From: a virus
Virus record (IMG/VR): IMGVR_UViG_3300042317_001497
DNA: 64,000 nucleotides
Direction: 5' to 3' (one strand)
Below, piece by piece: positions 44,138-52,697 of the stretch. Position 1 is the first letter of the stretch; every line of letters begins with the position of its first letter. Both the position numbers and the translations under genes were made by a program. The notes beneath the pieces are model-generated. The model ran no database searches. It was not told where the DNA came from and saw nothing but the letters and a program-made list of their open reading frames with translations.

Positions 44138-45205
44138 ATGCAAAAAATTATAACTGATATTAAGCTGAATTTTGATGATTTGTTAATTAGACCCAAAAGA
44201 TCTAATTTGTCTAGTAGATCAGAGGTTGATATTACTAGAGAATTTCATTTTTTACATTCTCCAAGAAAAATTACAACAATTCCAATTGTAGTAGCCAATA
44301 TGGATACTACGGGTACTTTTAGCATGTCTGATGTTGTTTGTTCAGAAAAAGGCATGGTTGCTCTGCATAAGCACTACTCGACTCAACAACTAATTCAATA
44401 CTATTCTGACTCCAATAAAATTAATAAAGATTTGGTATTTTATTCTACTGGCACCACAGTATCCGATATTGAAAAATTAACATATGTTTTTAATTCTTTG
44501 AGGGATAATCGACAAGAATTACCCAATGTTTGTGTAGATGTAGCTAATGGATATAGTGAAAAATTTGTTAAAACAGTGGCACACATTAGAAAACTGTATC
44601 CCGATATTATTATTATGGCTGGTAATGTAGTAACCCCAGAAATGGTAGAAGAATTATTATTGCATGGCAAAATAGATATAGTAAAAATAGGAATAGGACC
44701 AGGATCTGTTTGTACCACAAGACTTAAAACAGGAATAGGTTATCCCCAAGCTTCTGCTATCATGGAATGTTCTGATGCGGCACACGGATTAAGTGGTCAT
44801 GTTTGTGCCGATGGAGGATGTAAGACTGTCGGAGATATTGCTAAGGCTTTTGGTTGCAATGCCGATTTTGTAATGTGCGGAGGATTTTTTGCTGGAACTG
44901 ATGAATGCGAAGGAGAATGGCAATATGATATAGAACAAAATAAAATATCATTAAAATTTTATGGAATGAGCTCCAAAGAAGCTATGCATAAACATCATAA
45001 TGGAGTTGCTCACTATAGAACAAGTGAAGGTAAGTGTGTAAGCGTACCATATAAGGGGCCTGTGATAGAAATCCTGCAAGATATTTTTGGAGGACTAAGA
45101 AGCGCTTGCACATATATCGGAGCTTCTAAAATTAAAGATTTTGGTAAAAAAACAACATTTATACTAGTCAACGACACCCATAATAGAATATATGAAAAAT
45201 CTTAA
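44138..45205 (+). CDS. guaC: GMP reductase
   Basis: ANMDTTG, DVANGY, KIGIGPGSVCTTR, ADGG, FYGMSS, SEGK, LRSACTY. Confidence 0.95.
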   Translation: MQKIITDIKLNFDDLLIRPKRSNLSSRSEVDITREFHFLHSPRKITTIPIVVANMDTTGTFSMSDVVCSEKGMVALHKHYSTQQLIQYYSDSNKINKDLVFYSTGTTVSDIEKLTYVFNSLRDNRQELPNVCVDVANGYSEKFVKTVAHIRKLYPDIIIMAGNVVTPEMVEELLLHGKIDIVKIGIGPGSVCTTRLKTGIGYPQASAIMECSDAAHGLSGHVCADGGCKTVGDIAKAFGCNADFVMCGGFFAGTDECEGEWQYDIEQNKISLKFYGMSSKEAMHKHHNGVAHYRTSEGKCVSVPYKGPVIEILQDIFGGLRSACTYIGASKIKDFGKKTTFILVNDTHNRIYEKS

Positions 45206-46241
45206 TATAAATTGTCCAATCAATCAAACAGGATACGGTATAGCATCTTTGAATATACTCAAAGAATTAAATAAAAAATATAACGTATCATATTTCCCTA
45301 TTGGAGAACCCGGAGTAACCAATCAGCTAGATTTCGATATAATTAAAAATGTATATGAAAAACAGCAATCATTCGATATTCATGCTCCATTATTAAAAAT
45401 TTGGCATCAATTTGATTTGGCTAGTCATATTGGCAAAGGATCATATTATGCTTATCCATTTTTTGAGCTGGATACTTTTAATAATATAGAAAAAAAACAT
45501 ATGAGCATACCAGATACTCTCTTTGTATCTAGCAAATGGGCGCAGTCTATAATATACAAAAATGGTATCAAAACCCCGACCAGTGTTGTTCCATTGGGTG
45601 TTGATACTGATGTTTTTAAACCAAAACCTAAAATAAATAATAATTATATTTTTCTAACCATAGGAAAATGGGAAATTAGAAAAAGTCATGATATTTTACC
45701 ACAAATTTTTAAACAAGCTTTCCCGAACGAAAAAGACGTAGAACTATGGATTCTTGCGTCAGAAAATACTAATAGTTACTCTAATAGTGAAGAGATAGCT
45801 AAGTGGAAAAAATTATATTATTATCCTAATATAAAAGTAATACCGGGAGTAAATACTCATATAGATATTGCAGATATAATATCTCAAAGTGATTGTGGAT
45901 TATATATCAGCAGAGCAGAGGGATGGAATATGGAGCTTCTTGAAACTATGGCGATGAATAAACCCGCTATAGCTACAAATTATTCTGCACATACTGAATT
46001 CTGTAATAGTGATAATTGCTATCTTATTGATATTGACAGCACAGAAGAAGCATACGACGGAAAAGCTTTTCAAGGACAAGGAAATTGGGCTAAAATAGAA
46101 AAAAAACAAATAGATCAAACTATAGATTATATGAGACATGTCTACAAAAACAGAATTAGTACTAATGAAAATGGCTTAAAAACGGCTCAAATATATTCTT
46201 GGAAAAACTCAGCCGATATAATTTCAGGGTGTATAAATTAA
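45192..46241 (+). CDS. GT4 family glycosyltransferase
   Basis: TGYG, VPLGVD, RKSHD, SRAEGWNM.LLE.MA. Confidence 0.85.
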   Translation: MKNLNINCPINQTGYGIASLNILKELNKKYNVSYFPIGEPGVTNQLDFDIIKNVYEKQQSFDIHAPLLKIWHQFDLASHIGKGSYYAYPFFELDTFNNIEKKHMSIPDTLFVSSKWAQSIIYKNGIKTPTSVVPLGVDTDVFKPKPKINNNYIFLTIGKWEIRKSHDILPQIFKQAFPNEKDVELWILASENTNSYSNSEEIAKWKKLYYYPNIKVIPGVNTHIDIADIISQSDCGLYISRAEGWNMELLETMAMNKPAIATNYSAHTEFCNSDNCYLIDIDSTEEAYDGKAFQGQGNWAKIEKKQIDQTIDYMRHVYKNRISTNENGLKTAQIYSWKNSADIISGCIN

Positions 46242-46260
46242 TATCAAGGAGATACTATTT

Positions 46261-46818
46261 ATGCCAATTCCAAAACCAGAAAAAAATGAAGATAGTCAAA
46301 AATTTGTTTCCCGTTGTATGGGAGATGATGTGATGAAGAAGGATTATCCGGACAACAAACAAAGAGTGGCTGTTTGTCTTGGTCAAACAAAAAAAACAAA
46401 AGGCTCAATATTTGATCAATTTTTAGAAACTCTAGGATTTTTAGTGTCTTTAGATTGTGAAGAATGTGGAGAAACGGAAGAATTAACACTATCAAATCTA
46501 TTTATCCCAAATGACCAAGACTATATCGATGTTGGAGAAGAGACTGAAGACCATGACGTTTCTCATATCACAGCATCAGAATACCAAGGAAGAAAAGTAA
46601 CGCTTAACAAACCATTCAGAACTCCAGACGGTCCAAAAAAGTTTGCTGTTTATGTAAAAAACGACAGCGGAAAAGTTGTTATTGTGAGGTTTGGGGATCC
46701 TAATATGGAAATAAAAAAAGATATTCCAGCCCGTAGAAAAAGTTTTAGAGCAAGAATGAGATGTGATAATCCTGGTCCCAAATATAAAGCCCGATATTGG
46801 GCTTGTAAGTCATGGTGA
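46261..46818 (+). CDS. two-domain phage protein (DUF6321-like C-terminus)
   Basis: MPIPKP...FVSRCM N-terminus; KVTLNKPFR..KKFAVYV..VRFGD..RRKSFRAR..ARYWAC. Confidence 0.7.
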   Translation: MPIPKPEKNEDSQKFVSRCMGDDVMKKDYPDNKQRVAVCLGQTKKTKGSIFDQFLETLGFLVSLDCEECGETEELTLSNLFIPNDQDYIDVGEETEDHDVSHITASEYQGRKVTLNKPFRTPDGPKKFAVYVKNDSGKVVIVRFGDPNMEIKKDIPARRKSFRARMRCDNPGPKYKARYWACKSW

Positions 46819-47390
46819 ATAAAATGATTAAACCAATTTCTGAACTATTAGAAGCACAAGAAGAAAAAGTAAAACCAATGAATACAGAACCAACACAAGA
46901 ATCCGTAGCGCAAAGTGTAGAAGGATACACTAATGAAAATGTTATTGAATTACTCAAAAAATCTTTGAATATTCACTGGCAACAAACTACAGTATTATCG
47001 GCTCAAGCTGTACATCTAGAAAGATGGGGCTATAAAAAACTAGCAGAAGTTATTAAAGCAGATGCCGAAGAAGAACATAAACACGCTATGATTAATCTTC
47101 AAAGATTAGAGTTTTTTGATGCTGATCATCAACCTTTAATAGTTAGTCCTCCATCATGGAGTCGTCACGATATGCTAGGATTAATTCAATATAATCTAAA
47201 TTCTGTTAAAGAAGCTTCGGCAGCAGAAAGAGCAACAATAGTAGCAGCCAGAGCTGTCGGAGACGAACTAACTGCTAATATTATGATTCCTCTGTTGCAA
47301 GGAAGTGAGGATGGCATTGTATTGTATGAAGGTTATCTCAAACTTATAGAACAAATGGGCTTAGATAACTTCTTAAGTATTCAAGTATGA
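46812..47390 (+). CDS. ferritin/bacterioferritin-like protein
   Basis: four-helix pattern with EEEHKHA, EASAAE and late SEDG carboxylates. Confidence 0.7.
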   Translation: MVNKMIKPISELLEAQEEKVKPMNTEPTQESVAQSVEGYTNENVIELLKKSLNIHWQQTTVLSAQAVHLERWGYKKLAEVIKADAEEEHKHAMINLQRLEFFDADHQPLIVSPPSWSRHDMLGLIQYNLNSVKEASAAERATIVAARAVGDELTANIMIPLLQGSEDGIVLYEGYLKLIEQMGLDNFLSIQV

Positions 47391-48031
47391 TAAACTTAAA
47401 TGCTCTATTAAAATATAAAAAAATAGAGAATCTAGGTTATGATAGTGTTTATACAGAACAACCTGTTCCTGACATTGTGGATTTTAACTGGAAAGAGATA
47501 ATTCCTCCTCCTCCAGCCAATACTAGTAAAAAAACATTGGAAGAATTAAAAGTAGTATATAATGCTTCTATTAGTAGGAACAAAACTGATATAGAAATAG
47601 TATATAATATAGATCAAAATTTAGATGATATATTTATTGATTTGCTTGATAAATATAATATAAATTATCCTGTTGATAAAATTAATGAGTTTTATACAAT
47701 CATAGAGCCTATATTATTGAATATCAAAGGATTATGGAACAGACCAAGACCAGCACAACTAGCCCCATATTATGATTTGAATATAGACGTGTTAGTAACA
47801 AACACGCATCATACCGCTTCGTATCCTTCTGGACATACGGTGTATAGTAAATTAGTAGCTTTAATACTTAAAGAAATGTATCCTTCAATAAAAACTAGCC
47901 AACTTGAAGATTTAGTATACGAAACAGCTAAAGCAAGAGTTTTACAAGGGGTACATTATCCTTCGGATAATAAAGCATCAATAATATTATCAACATTTTT
48001 ATTTAATAAACTAAAAGAGAAAATACTATGA
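47387..48031 (+). CDS. PAP2/haloperoxidase superfamily phosphatase
   Basis: K..WNRPRP, SYPSGH, RVLQGVHYPSD. Confidence 0.9.
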   Translation: MINLNALLKYKKIENLGYDSVYTEQPVPDIVDFNWKEIIPPPPANTSKKTLEELKVVYNASISRNKTDIEIVYNIDQNLDDIFIDLLDKYNINYPVDKINEFYTIIEPILLNIKGLWNRPRPAQLAPYYDLNIDVLVTNTHHTASYPSGHTVYSKLVALILKEMYPSIKTSQLEDLVYETAKARVLQGVHYPSDNKASIILSTFLFNKLKEKIL

Positions 48032-48450
48032 ACAGATCATATGATATACTAGACTCTATCCAGAAAACCCTATCGGAACAAGACATCAAAGAATACAAAC
48101 AGGATTTCTATGATATGAGTATAGGCTCGTTAAGAGCTATTATGAAACATAGTCAGGACATTCTCGAAGCTCTTGAGAACCCATCGGTAAAAGAAAACTT
48201 GACAGAGAGCTGGTTACAGGGTAAAATTGCTATTACAGAGGATTATATGAGAACCATTCATGATTTTGTCATGTACGTCTCTGATTCTGACGATATATCA
48301 GAAGGATCATCAAAACCCGGTCTTTGGGAAAATATTCGAAAGAAAAAAGAAAAGGAAGGAAAAAAATATAAGCCCGCCAAGCCCGGAGATAAGGATAGAC
48401 CAGATCCTGAAGCATGGAAAAAATTAACAAAAGATAGCAAAAAGTCTTAG
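48028..48450 (+). CDS. hypothetical phage protein
   Basis: WLQGKI...KPGLWENIRKK motif common in large phages. Confidence 0.7.
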   Translation: MNRSYDILDSIQKTLSEQDIKEYKQDFYDMSIGSLRAIMKHSQDILEALENPSVKENLTESWLQGKIAITEDYMRTIHDFVMYVSDSDDISEGSSKPGLWENIRKKKEKEGKKYKPAKPGDKDRPDPEAWKKLTKDSKKS

Positions 48451-48506
48451 TAGTTGTTCTATCGGGACGTTTTGAGATCGTACTAATTATTTAATAAGGA
48501 CTAACA

Positions 48507-49097
48507 ATGGAAAAAAGGTTTGATTCTCTGCCTACATATATAGCATTGGCAAAAAAGACAATATCTAAATTTGCCCCGAAATTCTATAATGGACTTTCTA
48601 CAGAAATGTTAAAAAATGAAGAAGCAATATCGGATGTTGCTACTTCTCTTATGTATGCAGATTGGAGATACGATAGCGATAGATCGGGTAAAACAGGACT
48701 AAAGAAAACCTTATACTCTTATAGAAATCAGTGTGCTATTTGGGCTATAAAAACCTATATCACTACAAGATATAAGAAGAAAAAGAATTTTAGTCTTGAT
48801 TACAATAATGATAACGATCAAACATTAAGTGAAATGTTAGAAGATACTAGTGCCGAGTCTCCTTTAGATTTTTTGATAGAAAAAGAAAGACTAGCAAATC
48901 TAGAACAAACTATCAAAGATTTGTTAGATAATGATAGCTTATCAGTAAAACAAAAAACACAAATTAGAATGTACTATTTTGAAGATAAAACACTATCGGA
49001 AATAGGTAAGGAGTTTGGTATTTCTCGGGAAGCAGTTAGACAAAATATAAAGAGAGGGCTGGATCTTATAAAAGCTTATGATAAATGCAGTTCTTAA
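48507..49097 (+). CDS. RNA polymerase sigma70-family factor
   Basis: region-4 HTH KTLSEIGKEFGISREAVRQ; divergent region 2 (TYIALAKKTI..YRNQCAIWAI). Confidence 0.8.
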   Translation: MEKRFDSLPTYIALAKKTISKFAPKFYNGLSTEMLKNEEAISDVATSLMYADWRYDSDRSGKTGLKKTLYSYRNQCAIWAIKTYITTRYKKKKNFSLDYNNDNDQTLSEMLEDTSAESPLDFLIEKERLANLEQTIKDLLDNDSLSVKQKTQIRMYYFEDKTLSEIGKEFGISREAVRQNIKRGLDLIKAYDKCSS

Positions 49098-49425
49098 TTT
49101 ATATATCTTAATTTTCAATCAAGAAACATCTAAATATGATATATTATCAATAGATAAAAAACAAATATCTGTTCCTAATATCCTACTAGATGATAAAACT
49201 AATATAAATGATGAATTATCTAATTTGTTTATAAAATATGTAGATTTATCCTCTGATTATGTGGTATTTAAAATTTCTGATGCTGAGATTATTGGAAATA
49301 AATTACATATAGTTTACTATTGCGTTCCTCCTTTCAACACAAAGATTAAAAACTCTTTTCTTTTACCCTATTATCCAAATGAAATTATTTTTACAAATCT
49401 ACAAAAAATTATTAAACTTCTTTAA
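49078..49425 (+). CDS. hypothetical protein
   Basis: 115-aa ORF. Confidence 0.6.
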   Translation: MINAVLNLYILIFNQETSKYDILSIDKKQISVPNILLDDKTNINDELSNLFIKYVDLSSDYVVFKISDAEIIGNKLHIVYYCVPPFNTKIKNSFLLPYYPNEIIFTNLQKIIKLL

Positions 49426-49807
49426 TATCAATGATGGGTATAAAAAACCAAAAGAATCTAATGATATAGAAGCTTACACTGGCAGTATCACTTTTCATCT
49501 TACCGATAAACAAGATATAGATGTGTTGTGTAAATTACCAGATATTAGTAGTCAATCGCTGGATGAGATGACTTTAACCGCAGAAAAATATGCAGAATTT
49601 TTATGTTATATTAACGACGGTTCTTTAACAGATAATATTTTTGGCCTCTTAAAAAAGAATGCTAAAAAAACCAAGGATGAAAAAGATCAATTATTTATTG
49701 ATAATATTCTATTTTTCTGGGAAATAATACATAAAGAAAATCAAAAGAAGGCCATTAAAAAGATTAGTGGCCAACCAATGATTCGTCCAACAGAAGTTTT
49801 TAAATAA
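49379..49807 (+). CDS. hypothetical protein
   Basis: 142-aa ORF. Confidence 0.65.
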   Translation: MKLFLQIYKKLLNFFNINDGYKKPKESNDIEAYTGSITFHLTDKQDIDVLCKLPDISSQSLDEMTLTAEKYAEFLCYINDGSLTDNIFGLLKKNAKKTKDEKDQLFIDNILFFWEIIHKENQKKAIKKISGQPMIRPTEVFK

Positions 49808-49838
49808 GATGCTTGTTTCTGTGGATTTGATCTTTTTT

Positions 49839-49875
49839 GGACTTACTATAACCCTAGTAAGATCCATTTTCTCTT
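49839..49875 (+). terminator. possible intrinsic terminator
   Basis: GGA-CTTACTA/TAGTAAG-A-TCC hairpin followed by a T-rich run. Confidence 0.4.
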
Positions 49876-49889
49876 TTATATAAAAAAAT

Positions 49890-50327
49890 ATGACAAATCT
49901 CATAATATGGCAAAAATGGACAGACCCCTTTGGTATAGATGATATAGATAGTTTATTATCAGACAATACTAAAGAGTTTGAAGAAAATACAAATGAAGAA
50001 GGAGAACTAATAGACCATAGCCAAGAGCCACTTCTGCTTAATAAAAAGAATATAAAAGTAATAGCAACACCAATGGGAATTATACCTATAAATGAAAACA
50101 CAGCTAGCGGAAAGATTTTTAATTTTTGGCTTGGACATACAAATTTTGATATAACCAAACAAGTAGCATACTTAATAGAAAAAGCAGAAGGGGTAGAATC
50201 ATTAGATGTTTTTACTAGATATAGATTTAGAATATCTGTAGGCAAAGCTTTTGAAGATTCGGTTGTTATGAGAACCATAAATAGTAATGTATATGCTTAT
50301 CTAGAAGAAATAGAAAATACAATATGA
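49890..50327 (+). CDS. conserved phage hypothetical protein
   Basis: IIWQKWTDP...WLGHTNFDIT...GVE.L...RYRF. Confidence 0.7.
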   Translation: MTNLIIWQKWTDPFGIDDIDSLLSDNTKEFEENTNEEGELIDHSQEPLLLNKKNIKVIATPMGIIPINENTASGKIFNFWLGHTNFDITKQVAYLIEKAEGVESLDVFTRYRFRISVGKAFEDSVVMRTINSNVYAYLEEIENTI

Positions 50328-51004
50328 AAAACAATAATATAGAAGATTCAGAATTATACAATATACATAACTATAGTATTGATGTTCCAAATAGAGAAAT
50401 TTACCTGCATTCTTTTTTATCAGATAATGAGGAAGAAGGTGGAGTTGATTACAGGGTAGCAGTAAATTTTGAAAAAAATCTAAGATATCTAAATCTTCTC
50501 TCTTTAGATCCTATCTTAGTACATATGCATTTACCCGGAGGACACTGGGAAGATTGTTTAGGAATGTATGATGCTATGAAAATATCCAAAGCAAAAGTTA
50601 TTATTTTGGCTTATGCTAAAGCAGAATCTTCTAGTAGCGTTTTACTACAAGGGGCGGACTTAAGAATATTAATGTCTAATACAAATGTATTGATACATTA
50701 TGGTTCTTTTAGTATTAATGAAGAACATTCTAAAGCTGCTGCCAGTGGCATCCAATGGAACGAGAGAGAATGTGATAAGATGATTAATATGTTTACAGAT
50801 AGGTGTATGAATAGTAGTATAGCCAAAGAAAAAAATTGGAAAAAAATGATGGCAAAAAAACATATAGTTTCTCAATTGGCGAATAAGTGTGATTGGATAT
50901 TAACAGCAGAAGAAGCAGTACATTACGGTTTTGCAGATGGTATTTTGGGTACTAAAAAATTTCCAAATATAGATTACTTAAAAACATACATCAAAAGAAA
51001 ATAG
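50324..51004 (+). CDS. clpP: ClpP-like serine protease
   Basis: NREIYL, LPGG, AES (Ser), LIH (His), CDWILTAEEAVHYGFAD (Asp). Confidence 0.85.
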   Translation: MKNNNIEDSELYNIHNYSIDVPNREIYLHSFLSDNEEEGGVDYRVAVNFEKNLRYLNLLSLDPILVHMHLPGGHWEDCLGMYDAMKISKAKVIILAYAKAESSSSVLLQGADLRILMSNTNVLIHYGSFSINEEHSKAAASGIQWNERECDKMINMFTDRCMNSSIAKEKNWKKMMAKKHIVSQLANKCDWILTAEEAVHYGFADGILGTKKFPNIDYLKTYIKRK

Positions 51005-51019
51005 AAATATCATCTAGTT

Positions 51020-51670
51020 ATGCACATAGAATATGCTTGTTATGATTATTCGTTATCAGACGAAGAAATTAAGAATATTATAACTAAAGTTATCAAATAT
51101 AATATTGATACCATATCTACTTTTCATAACAACTTATATTTAATTAAAAATTTAATAGAAAAAAAAATTAATATATCTTGTCCTATAGATTATCCTTATG
51201 GCCAATCAGATATAAAGAGTAGAAATTTTTGTTTATCTCAAGCCATAAAAGCGGGGGCTTCCACCATAGATATGGTTGCTCCATCTAAATATATTGCTAA
51301 TAGAAAATATGATAAATTAAGAGAGGATATAAAAAATAATTTAGAAATATGTCAAACAAATAGTGTGGATTTAAGATATCTATTAGAATATAGAGTATTT
51401 AATCATGAAACACTGGCTAAAACTTGTCAAATTCTCAAATCTTTTGGGATTAATACTGTTATTCCTTCTACAGGACATTTAATTGATGATATAAATGATA
51501 ATATTATCGCTTCTAAATATTTGTCTTCTAAATCAGATATTTCGGTAATTTGTAGTGGTAATATTTGGACAGAAAAACAAATAGAGAATTTTAAGAATTC
51601 TGGAGTCTATGGTATTAGACTATATTATTTAGCCTCTTTAGAATTATTTGAGAAAAATAAGACTATTTAA
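51020..51670 (+). CDS. DeoC/DERA-like TIM barrel, catalytically degenerate
   Basis: PIDYPYG, GASTIDMV retained; KTSTG replaced by IPSTG and K.AGG by CSGN. Confidence 0.7.
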   Translation: MHIEYACYDYSLSDEEIKNIITKVIKYNIDTISTFHNNLYLIKNLIEKKINISCPIDYPYGQSDIKSRNFCLSQAIKAGASTIDMVAPSKYIANRKYDKLREDIKNNLEICQTNSVDLRYLLEYRVFNHETLAKTCQILKSFGINTVIPSTGHLIDDINDNIIASKYLSSKSDISVICSGNIWTEKQIENFKNSGVYGIRLYYLASLELFEKNKTI

Positions 51671-51727
51671 TCTCTTTGGGGTATAAATGTGTGACCAACA
51701 ACACTTTTATTCTACCAGGAGATTAAA

Positions 51728-52270
51728 ATGATAGTTTATTCAATTCAACAAAATGGTAGTAATACCACAGCAACTTCGACTAGAAACAATCGTGGTTCAG
51801 CTGTTATGGGCGCCAATTCTAGTTCTACAGTGCTAAGAAACAGACCATTCAATACTCAACCTGTTGGTGTTTTTAATAGTAAGCCAGCACTAAGCTCCAC
51901 AGTAGGTAATGCTAAATCATTAAGCGGTGGTGTTTTTGCTTATAATTCAAGTAAGCCTATCACTGTTTATGTTACAACCAGTCTAGCTACAGTAAGTAAA
52001 ACTGCTCTTAGCACACCAGCAAGTGTTCCTGCTTTAACTAAGAGTATTAATAGCATAGAGGCCATAACTACTAATAAAACAGCTACTGCTTTTAGAGCTG
52101 GTTTTAATTTGTTTACTGGTCAATACTCAGGTTCAGTTACTACTCAAACAGATAGTTTTGGTAATGATAATGCTGCTAGACCAACCAGATCAGTTCCTGG
52201 TCAATTGGTTTATATGATTGGTAATAAAGTTCCAACAACAAGTAATTACAAACCTAAAACAGCCGGCTGA
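51728..52270 (+). CDS. Ser/Thr/Asn-rich probable structural protein
   Basis: AGGAG RBS, small-residue composition, strong terminator downstream. Confidence 0.6.
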   Translation: MIVYSIQQNGSNTTATSTRNNRGSAVMGANSSSTVLRNRPFNTQPVGVFNSKPALSSTVGNAKSLSGGVFAYNSSKPITVYVTTSLATVSKTALSTPASVPALTKSINSIEAITTNKTATAFRAGFNLFTGQYSGSVTTQTDSFGNDNAARPTRSVPGQLVYMIGNKVPTTSNYKPKTAG

Positions 52271-52302
52271 TTACTAATTTTAATATCTAGTTTTAACGAC
52301 AT

Positions 52303-52344
52303 AATAAGCCAATGATACTTTGTGTGTCGTTGGCTTATTTTTTT
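52303..52344 (+). terminator. intrinsic terminator
   Basis: 16-bp stem AATAAGCCAATGATAC/GTGTCGTTGGCTTATT, 5-nt loop, T-tract. Confidence 0.85.
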
Positions 52345-52361
52345 AAAGAAAGATTTTACCT

Positions 52362-52682
52362 ATGGGAGAAACTATTATTCATTTCTGGGAAAATATAGCA
52401 ACAACGAGCATAGGGATAATAGTTACGATGCTGGGTTTTTGGGTAACTATAGGACGGAATATGGCAACAAAAGCAGAAGTTTTACATATGATAGAAACTT
52501 TATCTCCTTATCTACAAGATAGACAATTTATAATGGAAAGGTTGAATAATAATAAAGAAAATCAAATAGCTTTTGCTAATGCTTTACAAAGAAATACAGA
52601 AGTTATGAATGAATTAAAAATACAAATAGCTATGCTTGGAAAAACCTTGGAAACTTTGGAAAATAGGATAGAAAAAACTTAA
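52362..52682 (+). CDS. single-pass membrane protein with coiled coil
   Basis: TM segment IATTSIGIIVTMLGFWV then heptads. Confidence 0.65.
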   Translation: MGETIIHFWENIATTSIGIIVTMLGFWVTIGRNMATKAEVLHMIETLSPYLQDRQFIMERLNNNKENQIAFANALQRNTEVMNELKIQIAMLGKTLETLENRIEKT

Positions 52683-52697
52683 AATTAGGACGGTGAA

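Noticed and set aside
669-51004. Many minus-strand or nested ORFs in the track (e.g. 4667..5071, 16065..16565, 23597..24304, 27044..27505, 49709..50278)
   Set aside because: They lie wholly opposite or inside well-supported genes with recognisable motifs, and show no motif of their own
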